IMG/VR virus record: IMGVR_UViG_3300046523_000117
DNA from: a virus
Lineage: Duplodnaviria > Heunggongvirae > Uroviricota > Caudoviricetes
Length of the DNA: 64,000 nucleotides
Reading direction: 5' to 3' (one strand)
Shown one piece after another: positions 48,000 through 56,687 of the stretch (the first letter of the stretch is position 1; every line of letters begins with the position of its first letter). The notes under the pieces were generated by a model, which was not told the DNA's origin, searched no databases, and worked only from the letters and a program-made list of their open reading frames with translations. Made by a program: the position numbers and the translations under genes.

Positions 48000-48965
48000 A
48001 TGACATATAGATACCATAGCAGATGGCGTTACGGCGACCATTTCCGAATGGCGGTCACACAAGTTACCATGAATGAATTTGCCATCCCAAGAGCTGGTAG
48101 GCTATATTCTGGTATTAGTACACCAATCGCACCGCCATCATCGATCAGTTTAAAACAATCATGTATCAACCGGGCAGTTGAAATTCTGGCAAAATATGAT
48201 GAAATCTATATCATGTTTTCCGGTGGTATTGACTCGACCCTAATTGCGGTGTACCTATGCAGTTTGGCGCAACCACACCACAAGATTACAATAAGCCAAT
48301 CCACCCAAGTTGATGAAGCCTGCGACCCAAACGTGGTAGAATGGTTGAAACAGTATTCAGTGTTCGAAGATTTTTCGATTGATACAATGAAAGCCGTAAC
48401 CGCTAGAGGTGGGATGGTTGTTACCGGTACACACGCGGATTCTATCTTAATTGGTAAACTTCTGGATGATATCGATGATCCAGCGATTTATACCGATATT
48501 TGGGATATGACCCCACACGATTTGATTGTCAAATTCACCGGGCAATCTGACCTATGGGTGGATGTTCAATTGAAGAAAATCAAACCACTAACCGATCTAA
48601 TGCCGGTTGCAATGAATGCACCCAATTTAGCATGGTGGTTGGACTTTTCTTGCCTATGGGATATGGATGAAATGAAATTCCCAATCAAATTGGGGTTGAA
48701 TGCACCGGGCAATGGGTTTATATCATTCTTCAATACCCAAGAGTTTGAAGGTTGGGCGCAACAGGATGCTAGTCAAAAGGCTGGAATCGGAATCGACCTA
48801 TATAAATATCAGTACAAAGAATTGATTATAGACATTATCAAGTTTGAACCGGTATGGCCGGGTAAAACTAAATCTGCGTCTTTACAAGAATATTCCGCTG
48901 ATACTAAGAACATTCTACAGAATATTCTGCTTGTTAATGAAAACTGGGAAACTGTTTGGAAATGA
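48000..48965 (+). CDS. Asparagine-synthetase-like PP-loop ATP-pyrophosphatase lacking glutaminase domain
   Basis: IMFSGGIDST PP-loop; VVTGTHADSIL aligns with AsnB xSGEGADEL. Confidence 0.7.
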   Translation: MTYRYHSRWRYGDHFRMAVTQVTMNEFAIPRAGRLYSGISTPIAPPSSISLKQSCINRAVEILAKYDEIYIMFSGGIDSTLIAVYLCSLAQPHHKITISQSTQVDEACDPNVVEWLKQYSVFEDFSIDTMKAVTARGGMVVTGTHADSILIGKLLDDIDDPAIYTDIWDMTPHDLIVKFTGQSDLWVDVQLKKIKPLTDLMPVAMNAPNLAWWLDFSCLWDMDEMKFPIKLGLNAPGNGFISFFNTQEFEGWAQQDASQKAGIGIDLYKYQYKELIIDIIKFEPVWPGKTKSASLQEYSADTKNILQNILLVNENWETVWK

Positions 48966-49252
48966 ATACATTTAAAGTAACCAATGTTAATTTTGATTTG
49001 GGGACGGTATCCGTTGATATCAACGTAGACCCCCATGCGATTGATATTACCCTGATGGATGTAGAACCCTATACCATCCAGCGTACATATTACATGGAGA
49101 CAATTACACCGTCTGCTGCTGCTACAGCTTCGATGCTACAGATTTCAATTGGCACATTGGTAAAACGAGAGTTGGATAAATTGTATCCACCTCCTACCCC
49201 AAAACCAATGGCACTGAATGAGTTGGTCGGTGTTGTTTGCAATATTAATTGA
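48962..49252 (+). CDS. Hypothetical protein, last in adhesin operon
   Basis: ATGA overlap with PP-loop gene; ends at terminator. Confidence 0.6.
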   Translation: MNTFKVTNVNFDLGTVSVDINVDPHAIDITLMDVEPYTIQRTYYMETITPSAAATASMLQISIGTLVKRELDKLYPPPTPKPMALNELVGVVCNIN

Positions 49253-49255
49253 TAT

Positions 49256-49285
49256 AAAAAAAGGGAGCCATTGGCTCCCTTTTTT
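49256..49285. terminator. Bidirectional terminator
   Basis: A7-GGGAGCCA-T-TGGCTCCC-T6. Confidence 0.88.
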
Positions 49286-49286
49286 A

Positions 49287-50009
49287 TTAGTCTTTTTTGA
49301 ACAACGCTGATACATCAACAGTCGGACCTTTTGCCCGCTTCATTGCTTTAGTAACACCTTCCTCTGTATACGGTTGGTCAACCTTTCTAGCGTATTCTTC
49401 ATCCGTGGTATTTTCTATCAAAATGCCAGTCTTCGCGACGTTACCATGCCCTTTGGTGCGTACCGCATCATATGGTGCGTTCTCAAGCATTTCAGCCGCA
49501 ATCTTAGTGTTCCGGTACTCTTGCTTCTCCAATCGCCCCAGATCGCCGTTGATGTCCCGTAGGATAGTCTTTGAGAATCCTTTGTGGGCTTTGATGTAAT
49601 TTAGAATCAAATTGGTCAGGATTTCGTTACGGTTAAGCGGAGTGTCTTCTAGAATGTCTTGGAATTCGGCGTGTAGATCAACCGGGATGAAAACATGGAT
49701 ACCGATCTTATCGGATTTTGACGGGGCTTTCTGTTCGGCCATCTTGTTAATCGCATTGGTTAGTAATCGAGCGGAGGTTTTCCGGTCGGCAAAGGATCGA
49801 GCGTATTCATTGGTCAGGAACCGCAGCCGTTCGTTATCGGTCTGGAACTGGGCAATTGAATCAATTAACGCTTGAGTAATGTCAGGGGCTTTCTTCGCGA
49901 TACCATCAAGGGCGATTTGGATTTCAGACCGTCTAACTCGCTTCTTGTTGGTTCCACCCTTCGGGCGTCCGGCTGATCGCTTGACTGGGATTTCTAGTTC
50001 TGTCTTCAT
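49287..50009 (-). CDS. Putative DNA-binding protein (AT-hook-like GRP motif, possible RHH)
   Basis: KRSAGRPKGG; IHVFIPVDLHAEFQDIL..NRNEILTNLILNYI. Confidence 0.5.
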   Translation of the reverse strand: MKTELEIPVKRSAGRPKGGTNKKRVRRSEIQIALDGIAKKAPDITQALIDSIAQFQTDNERLRFLTNEYARSFADRKTSARLLTNAINKMAEQKAPSKSDKIGIHVFIPVDLHAEFQDILEDTPLNRNEILTNLILNYIKAHKGFSKTILRDINGDLGRLEKQEYRNTKIAAEMLENAPYDAVRTKGHGNVAKTGILIENTTDEEYARKVDQPYTEEGVTKAMKRAKGPTVDVSALFKKD

Positions 50010-50026
50010 AATAGAAAAAGCCTCAA

Positions 50027-50296
50027 TTAAGAGGCGTTTTTGATGTTCCGTTGTTGTCGTTTTAATCGCTTGGCTTCTGCCGCCGAAAGTTTGGCGTCAT
50101 AGTCAACCGAAAGTAAATTCTTGGGCTTGTACTGGGGCTTCGCGTGGTTCATTGGCATGAAGGTTTGAGCCAACATTGCAGCGATTTTTGCCATTGATGG
50201 AATCTTTCCACCACCGCCGACAATCACCGGATTCGGTTGAATTACTTCTGCATCAGCCAGCGTCAGTTTTGGATCTTGATCTTGCATACATGTCAC
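50027..50296 (-). CDS. Hypothetical protein
   Basis: Packed ORF with basic C-terminus. Confidence 0.5.
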   Translation of the reverse strand: MTCMQDQDPKLTLADAEVIQPNPVIVGGGGKIPSMAKIAAMLAQTFMPMNHAKPQYKPKNLLSVDYDAKLSAAEAKRLKRQQRNIKNAS

Positions 50297-50372
50297 CTAG
50301 TACATTCCCGATAAGGAATGAGAAAATTGAGATATAGAAACCGTAAATCAGTGCGTGTTCGTATGTAATCAT
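50253..50372 (-). CDS. Possible 39 aa single-TM protein (not in track)
   Basis: MITYEHALIYGFYISIFSFLIGNVLGDMYARSRSKTDAG starts right after upstream stop. Confidence 0.4.
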   Translation of the reverse strand: MITYEHALIYGFYISIFSFLIGNVLGDMYARSRSKTDAG

Positions 50373-50374
50373 TA

Positions 50375-50593
50375 CTATTTAATCGGGTCAGCTTCCGATA
50401 CGATGTGAAGAACCCGCATGTCACCGACAATACGGACATCATGGATTTTCAATGCTTTGGTAAGTCTATTCAAAGCTTCTTGTTTGGCGCTGGCATGGAC
50501 GCTTTCTAACGTTGCTTCCATGCCCCATTGGCTCATTCCACAAACTTCCACCATAACTTGTACTCTGGTGGTATTGGTCAGCTTAACACCCAT
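50375..50593 (-). CDS. Hypothetical protein
   Basis: Internal ATG (MGVKL) of track ORF. Confidence 0.5.
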   Translation of the reverse strand: MGVKLTNTTRVQVMVEVCGMSQWGMEATLESVHASAKQEALNRLTKALKIHDVRIVGDMRVLHIVSEADPIK

Positions 50594-50789
50594 ACAGTTC
50601 ATCCAGTCGGTCGGCTTCCGCTCGAAGTTCTTTTGCGCGGTTGCTGTGAAAGGTGATTGCATTTGCAAACAATACATTGTCCATTGCATCAGCTTCTAAC
50701 CCAGAACAATCATGGTCGTTAGCTACGGCCCGAAGTACATCGGGGTTATCAACCATCCGCTGTACTTCGCTTGGGGTGAATTCGATCAT
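50583..50789 (-). CDS. Hypothetical protein
   Basis: Packed ORF. Confidence 0.55.
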   Translation of the reverse strand: MIEFTPSEVQRMVDNPDVLRAVANDHDCSGLEADAMDNVLFANAITFHSNRAKELRAEADRLDELYGC

Positions 50790-51004
50790 CAGCAGACCTG
50801 AATTTCAACGTGAAGGAAACCGATATATTGCTGATAACCGTTGTTATCGTTCCGCAGCTTGTGAGTAACCATACTAACAATATACGGTGTTCCGTCCGGG
50901 TCTTCCAATACCTGATTGGCTATCGGGTGGGTACATGCGGCGTATTCAAACAATACATTACCGCGCATATTCACCACTTTGATTTTATACATTCCGTGGG
51001 CCAT
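50789..51004 (-). CDS. Hypothetical protein
   Basis: TAATG overlap start at 51004. Confidence 0.55.
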   Translation of the reverse strand: MAHGMYKIKVVNMRGNVLFEYAACTHPIANQVLEDPDGTPYIVSMVTHKLRNDNNGYQQYIGFLHVEIQVC

Positions 51005-51465
51005 TAAACAGCTTCCGTTTCGCAAAGTGTATAAAACTTGCTGGTCAATACAACCGCTGCAATCGATAGCAGGGTCAACAGGACCGCAAACACCGGGAAC
51101 CCACAAACAACCAGAGTCCACACAAACGCAACCATACCGATGATATGAGCCGATATATTCGTTCTGCTACCCATCAGGGTTCGTTGCATCTTACGGATAT
51201 CGGTCGGCATTTTTTCCATCAATTGCATTCCGTATGCCAGTACGCAAACTTCGCCAATCCGAATCAATACCAACAGAACCAACATGGTATTGGCGAGGAA
51301 CATTGCACTTGGGTAGAACACCGCCATGATCGGAAACAGCGCAAAAATCGCCAGCCCCAGACATACATTGGTCAATCGATCACCAAAGGACAACTGCACA
51401 TAATCTTTGAGCTTTTCCAACAGTTTTGCACGGTGGATCTTGATATTTTTCTCTGTAAAAACCAT
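51004..51465 (-). CDS. Four-TM membrane protein
   Basis: Four hydrophobic segments. Confidence 0.65.
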   Translation of the reverse strand: MVFTEKNIKIHRAKLLEKLKDYVQLSFGDRLTNVCLGLAIFALFPIMAVFYPSAMFLANTMLVLLVLIRIGEVCVLAYGMQLMEKMPTDIRKMQRTLMGSRTNISAHIIGMVAFVWTLVVCGFPVFAVLLTLLSIAAVVLTSKFYTLCETEAV

Positions 51466-51881
51466 TAACTGAATTCCTTGATGAATTTGATTTGACCAAC
51501 TTCCAACAACCGAACGATTCGTTTGATAACGTCACTTTCGGTATCGTAATAATTGCTGTTACCGGTATGTTTCATGAACAACAGTTCGGATACATATTTG
51601 TCGATACCGAAAAATTCGCGAACCGCTGTCCAGTCTTGGAAGGTTTTGTAGTACATGGTGTTATCACGCATGGTCAAACCCTGTTCGATAAATCGAGGGT
51701 CCAATCCTGCATGACCACACGCACACGCTGAATAACCACAATCGGCATATTTGTCTTCAATGCCCCACCAACTGAGATTGAATTCTGGTGTGACTGAGAT
51801 AGCTTCACGGTCAGGTGCCCACTGTTTGGTGATAACTTCGGTCAACATAGTTACCATCAATTCTAAACGTTTACGATTCAC
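51465..51881 (-). CDS. Hypothetical protein (CGYSACACGH)
   Basis: Cys/His cluster. Confidence 0.6.
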   Translation of the reverse strand: MNRKRLELMVTMLTEVITKQWAPDREAISVTPEFNLSWWGIEDKYADCGYSACACGHAGLDPRFIEQGLTMRDNTMYYKTFQDWTAVREFFGIDKYVSELLFMKHTGNSNYYDTESDVIKRIVRLLEVGQIKFIKEFS

Positions 51882-51936
51882 GATCTAATTCCTATTAATT
51901 GATCACTTCGGCCTGTTACCAGAGACTGTATGGGTC

Positions 51937-52986
51937 TTACCGCCGACTAGAAGAACGGCTAGGGCTTGCGGAGCGAGACGGGGTATACGACGACCGGCTA
52001 GGGCTCGCAGAAGGCTTGTAGCCGCTCGAAGAACCACCGGAGCTGTAACCACTCGAACTCGCCGGTTTCGCGGCCTGTGTAGTGTTAGCGGAGCTTCCCC
52101 AGTACGAATTAGTCTGAGCCGCTGGTTTCGGTTGTGCAGCCGGTTGCGCCTTCGGTTTTTCGTTCCAGTAGGAATTAACCTGTGGGTTGGTCAAAGGTTT
52201 TGCCGCTACCTGTTTCGGTTGCTGGTATTGCGCAACTTGTCGGTTAGCAGGACTCGCCAATGTTTTGGGTTGATTATATGCAGACGGTGCAACCACCCGA
52301 GGCTTGTAGCCGGTCTGAGCCTGATAGGCTTTCGCCGCAGGGCTTTCAGGGTTTTTGTATACCTGTTTCACGTTACGAACATTGGTCGTGTGATACTGAT
52401 TCACGACGGTTGTACGTTCACGGCGATAATCGTTGTCATCGTTGTAGTAACGATTGCTATAACCCGGATGGGAATCGCGATAGCGATCATAGCCACCATT
52501 GTTGTTCATAGCGTTCGCCAGCAACATACCGGCACCGGCACCAGCCACCAAAGGCCAAATGGTTTCAGAAACGCCGCTAGACGCCGCCTGAGCCGGTTGG
52601 TTGTTGATGATCACCGGTTGACCATTCGGACCCTGTTGATACTGGGGCTGTTGTGGTTGTACCGGTTGTGGTGGGTTGTCACGAACAACGTGAAGAACCC
52701 GATCACCCTTTTCATTGAACCCGTAATAGGCATCACGAACCAGTGGGTCACCCTTTTTCAGTTCGGTAATGACACCAGCCAACTCTTTGTCATCAGCCGC
52801 AGCCTGTTCAGCCGCCAGCTTTTCGGCCTCGGCTTCTTCCTGTTTGGCCTGTTCCTGATCAGCTTGCAGCTTCTGAAAGGCCGCTGCCTGAGCTTCCATT
52901 CGCAATTGTTCATCACTCTTACCACAACCGGTCAAGCTGGTGGCGAGGATTGATGTAATCATGAGTGCAATCAGTGTCTTTTTCAT
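51937..52986 (-). CDS. Lipoprotein with coiled coil and low-complexity Ser/Arg/Pro/Gln tail
   Basis: MKKTLIALMITSILATSLTGC lipobox; PLVAGAGAGMLL segment; SSSR-rich end. Confidence 0.75.
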   Translation of the reverse strand: MKKTLIALMITSILATSLTGCGKSDEQLRMEAQAAAFQKLQADQEQAKQEEAEAEKLAAEQAAADDKELAGVITELKKGDPLVRDAYYGFNEKGDRVLHVVRDNPPQPVQPQQPQYQQGPNGQPVIINNQPAQAASSGVSETIWPLVAGAGAGMLLANAMNNNGGYDRYRDSHPGYSNRYYNDDNDYRRERTTVVNQYHTTNVRNVKQVYKNPESPAAKAYQAQTGYKPRVVAPSAYNQPKTLASPANRQVAQYQQPKQVAAKPLTNPQVNSYWNEKPKAQPAAQPKPAAQTNSYWGSSANTTQAAKPASSSGYSSGGSSSGYKPSASPSRSSYTPSRSASPSRSSSRR

Positions 52987-53240
52987 TGTGTGTACAATTC
53001 CCGTTTGTGTAGGTCGCGAAGGTCTTGGACGGCTAGTTTGTTGGCGGTCATCAACCCTTCACCTTGAGAACGATAATGCGCCATTCTGTCACGAATGTAA
53101 AGCGTATTTTGTTCTTTTCTTGTAGCTTTCCATCGGTCGAAGGAAATACCGCTGACATCCTGCAATTCCTTGATGTCGGCTTGCATCTTGGCAAGTGTTT
53201 CGGTCAGTTCCTTTACCTTATACATCAAATCGGTAATCAT
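52983..53240 (-). CDS. Hypothetical protein
   Basis: ATGA overlaps. Confidence 0.6.
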   Translation of the reverse strand: MITDLMYKVKELTETLAKMQADIKELQDVSGISFDRWKATRKEQNTLYIRDRMAHYRSQGEGLMTANKLAVQDLRDLHKRELYTQ

Positions 53241-53713
53241 CGATATTCTACCAGAATTAATTCAGTCCCTTCCATACCATCAAATTCATCTTTGATGATT
53301 TCACTGATCACATTCCAGCTACCACCACCCAAACCAGCCCCAATCAATGGGAAATACAGGCGTTTTGGTGGCTCAAGCATGACTTTGAAGCCTTCACGGA
53401 TTTGACGGCAGCACTCGGCTACAGCGTCATACTTCACGTAACGTTTACCGTCTTTGCCATAGAAGTTCTGAGTTATAGCGTTGATTATGATCACGCCGGT
53501 TTTATCAAAATAGGGAATGATTTCCCCCAATACCAACCCACCATGTAGGTCGTATTTGTTTCGATAGACGGTATAGGCACCCGGATAACGGGTCTTGACT
53601 TCTAGTGCGATACCAGATCCCATCACTCCAAGGTTGTTACAGCCATGCATCATGGCATCACCCGGTTTCATAAAATCAAATAGGTTGCCGAATACAGTAC
53701 GATATTCCATCAT
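53237..53713 (-). CDS. Macrodomain ADP-ribose hydrolase-like protein (T4 tk.4-like)
   Basis: GNLF..MHGCNNLGVMGSGIA..K.RYP..PLIGAGLGGGSW. Confidence 0.9.
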   Translation of the reverse strand: MMEYRTVFGNLFDFMKPGDAMMHGCNNLGVMGSGIALEVKTRYPGAYTVYRNKYDLHGGLVLGEIIPYFDKTGVIIINAITQNFYGKDGKRYVKYDAVAECCRQIREGFKVMLEPPKRLYFPLIGAGLGGGSWNVISEIIKDEFDGMEGTELILVEYR

Positions 53714-53725
53714 ATTACCTCAAAG

Positions 53726-53748
53726 AAAAGGAGGCTTGCGCCTCCTTT
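53726..53748 (-). terminator. Terminator
   Basis: AAAGGAGGC-gcaa-GCCTCCTTTT on - strand. Confidence 0.8.
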
Positions 53749-53771
53749 ATTGGATCAATTACGGGTTGGGA

Positions 53772-54449
53772 TTAGATAACAACCCAATGGCCGTTGGTTT
53801 TGGCATGACGCACGATCACGATTGCAGCGGTAGACTTGATGGTCCACTCACCGGAATTGAAGCTTGGAACCTTACCTTTGATGGCTTCGGCAACCGCATT
53901 CGGCATCGAAACGCTTTCCGGGGAATTGGTATTCAGGTTCACCATGTTGACGATTTGGATCTTCGGCTTCTGGTCTTCGGTAACGATTGCCTTGATTCGA
54001 TCAGCGGCTTCCTGAGACACATAACCGAGGGACACACCGGCCAGCGTAATCGAGGTAGAACCGTTGTAAACCGGTACAGTTTGTTGCAGGCCGGAAACCA
54101 GTTTGTTCGCTGGGGTAGCTACCTTGGCTTTCAGATCAGCGGTGATTTGCAGTTGTTCGATTTTGAATCCAGCTTCGGCGTAATCGGATGTGGTCAGACG
54201 TGCCTGAATGGTCAGACCGGCCTTAGCTGCAATAGCTACCAGAGTTTCGGCGGTTCGAACGTAGCGGGCACCACGGACCTTGACAGACAGACTGCCTCGG
54301 CGTGAATCCATCTTAGTATTGATGGCTTCGAATTTGCCGGAATCTGTCAGCGCCTTGGCGAGCAGATGGCGGATGGAAAGATCAACGACTGGGGTAGCGG
54401 TGGTTTGTGTTGCTTGGGCTTTCAAAGTTTTAATAGCGCTCAATTTCAT
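53772..54449 (-). CDS. Hypothetical protein (own promoter and terminator)
   Basis: Start at MKLSAIK, downstream of GTTTAGA promoter 54487-54519. Confidence 0.65.
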   Translation of the reverse strand: MKLSAIKTLKAQATQTTATPVVDLSIRHLLAKALTDSGKFEAINTKMDSRRGSLSVKVRGARYVRTAETLVAIAAKAGLTIQARLTTSDYAEAGFKIEQLQITADLKAKVATPANKLVSGLQQTVPVYNGSTSITLAGVSLGYVSQEAADRIKAIVTEDQKPKIQIVNMVNLNTNSPESVSMPNAVAEAIKGKVPSFNSGEWTIKSTAAIVIVRHAKTNGHWVVI

Positions 54450-54529
54450 TCTCACGATGGTTGGTTTGTGTTGCTTCGATGTGCCTATAATACATCTGTT
54501 TCGAGTCATTCTAAACACAATCACAAATT

Positions 54530-55123
54530 TTATTTTGAATCGAATCTGTGGTTGATCATAGCTTGGTAAACCCTTGGGTCTATCCGACCCTTCCAGATTT
54601 CAGCATGACGGGCTATGTCGGCTAGCTTTGCAACCTTATAGGCTTCGTGGGCAGCTTCTGGGGTATCAAAATAGCCTAGGGTCTTGGTCTTACCATCAAT
54701 CCCTATCGCGGCCTTGTACTTGCCATACCGTGGATACGCACAAACCCCCGGTGGATATCCGCCTAGGTTCTTCTGTTTATAGGTAAACAACATATTCACG
54801 GTTGATGGGACGAAAACGCATGTATCAGGCCCATAGACCTTATTGCCGGTGACTAGAATGTCCTTATCCAATTGCCAATCCGAATGGTCGAACCCAATTT
54901 GAGTCTGGCACCATTCACCGAACCACTGGTAATTGATGAAATTCTGATGGATTGAACAGCCTTCGTAACTGGTGTTTCTGATTCGATGATGGCTATTTGG
55001 ATCGCACCGCTGTAGCATGTGGTTCCACAACGCATATTCTCTGGTCATTCGACCGTCTATCGTGACCTTGTAGGTTCCTTTCTCATAGATACCTACGCCG
55101 CGTGTTAATTTTGTTTTATTCAT
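54530..55123 (-). mobile_element. HNH-type homing endonuclease with AP2-like DNA-binding domain
   Basis: YALWNHMLQRC..YEGCSI..WQLDKDIL..YGPDTCVFVP; YKAAIGIDGKTKTLGYFDTPEAAHEAY. Confidence 0.8.
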
Positions 55124-55163
55124 CGTTCGATCATATCATGACCGACTCAAAATATAAACAGAA

Positions 55164-55229
55164 TCGGTCGAACTACTTTTGGTGAAGGGTCTTTTCGGTC
55201 AAAGGAGTTTCGGTCGAACTACTTTTGGT
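55164..55229. repeat. 20-bp direct repeat x2 (TCGGTCGAACTACTTTTGGT)
   Basis: Identical copies at 55164-55183 and 55210-55229. Confidence 0.9.
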
Positions 55230-55550
55230 CGAGTTTTTTGCCAATGTGTTTAGAAATCCGAAAAAGTGTGATATTTTGAATACATATTCGCCAACCCGAC
55301 AATATATACCAACCCAACCAAGCCTCTATCAAGCCCCTTCGGGTCTACAGTCTCGCCTACGGCTCGCCTGTATATCTAATCCTTCTATATAGTAGAAGAG
55401 AATCGGTCTAGAAATAGAAGCTTGCTTCTAGCCCCGCATGGGGCTTCTATAGAAATTTTCAGAACAGATTCCAAATTTGAGAAAATCCAGCCCAGAAAAA
55501 CGTCCAAATGCGAAAAATTCGCAAAAAGTCGAAAAATCGAGAGGGCAGGG

Positions 55551-55846
55551 CGCCAAAATTTTGGCGATGTCAAATCGCAGGCACCATGCCTAGTATAGCA
55601 CGCCTCCGACCCCCTGTCAACCCCATTTTCGAGATTTTTCGAAAAATTTTCGCGAAAAGTGGCACGGAAAATGCAAAGCAAATACCATGCCAACTCAAAT
55701 CGCAGGCACCTCCGGTGTTTTCCTCTGAGCCTCCCCAGTAACTATAGAATAGCACAGCCAGAACCGAAGTCAAACGATTTTGATGCAATTTCAAAATTAT
55801 TTTCTGGCATGAATCCTGCAAAGCAAAAACCGTGCCAACTCAAATC
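55551..55846. repeat. Palindrome and direct repeats in non-coding region
   Basis: CGCCAAAATTTTGGCG perfect palindrome 55551-66; CAAATCGCAGGCACC at 55571 and 55696; 30-bp near-repeat at 55672 and 55817. Confidence 0.85.
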
Positions 55847-55951
55847 TCGGGTTCCCTCCCTGTTTATCTCCGAGTTCAAAACCCCGCTAACCTCATAATC
55901 AAAGTCTAGCCCCTTGTCGAATCAACGTCAAGGGGTTGGATCAAATAAAAT

Positions 55952-56614
55952 TCAGGCGGCTAGACCTAGACTTTGACGCAATTTGATGTTATAGGGCTCT
56001 ATCGACTCGGCACTATAGGCAATCGGGTCATTGAGTACAAGACAATCCCCGCGTTTCATCAAATTGCTAAACCCGGCATTGTCGGAAAAGTCAATAGATA
56101 GCAGTTTGCACAACAGATTAGGGTTAGGGCCATAATCATGTTCGGGGTTGGCTACCTGTACAATCTGATATGCCAGATCGATAGCCCCGACCAAATCCGG
56201 GAACCTTTCGACATATGCCGCCAGCATATTGACAGTGGTTTGATTCAATGCATCAGCACCCATCAACCGGGCGTCGGTATCGTCCAGAGGGGTCAGGGGT
56301 TCTAATTCGATGCAATAGCGTTCATCATCGACAGCGATAGCCCCAACCCTAGGCAAGTGAGGGTTAGCCGAATATCCCCGGATACCATCAACCCAATGCA
56401 CAAACCCATCACGCCCGCCGTTCGATCCTGAGTTGATCTTATAGACCGAATCGCCCACGGCCCATACGGTGGAATACCAGCCAGCCCCTAGCAGGGTAGC
56501 CCCGGCCTTTTCCATACCATGCCAGAAAGCGGCCTTTAGGGCTTTGTAGTCGGTTAGGTTGCGGTCTTGATGATAGCGAAACAGCTCTAGGATTGTGTTT
56601 TGATTCATGGTCAC
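55952..56614 (-). CDS. T7 gp0.7-like Ser/Thr protein kinase domain
   Basis: LLGAGWYSTVW Gly-loop, VYKI Lys, NPHLPRV, D..N..LM catalytic loop, LVLNDPI. Confidence 0.75.
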   Translation of the reverse strand: MTMNQNTILELFRYHQDRNLTDYKALKAAFWHGMEKAGATLLGAGWYSTVWAVGDSVYKINSGSNGGRDGFVHWVDGIRGYSANPHLPRVGAIAVDDERYCIELEPLTPLDDTDARLMGADALNQTTVNMLAAYVERFPDLVGAIDLAYQIVQVANPEHDYGPNPNLLCKLLSIDFSDNAGFSNLMKRGDCLVLNDPIAYSAESIEPYNIKLRQSLGLAA

Positions 56615-56687
56615 GGCCTAATTGAAACAGAATGGCGCGAACTATACACGAATCAGAACATAGGTCAAACACTTTTTTGAACCCAAT

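Noticed and set aside
48000-48965. PP-loop protein as QueC or as part of a lasso-peptide cluster
   Set aside because: No C-terminal Zn-binding Cys cluster of QueC and no que genes; no lasso precursor, RRE or B2 protease nearby
55385-55898. Short ORFs in the non-coding island
   Set aside because: Mutually overlapping, no RBS, composition driven by A/T tracts
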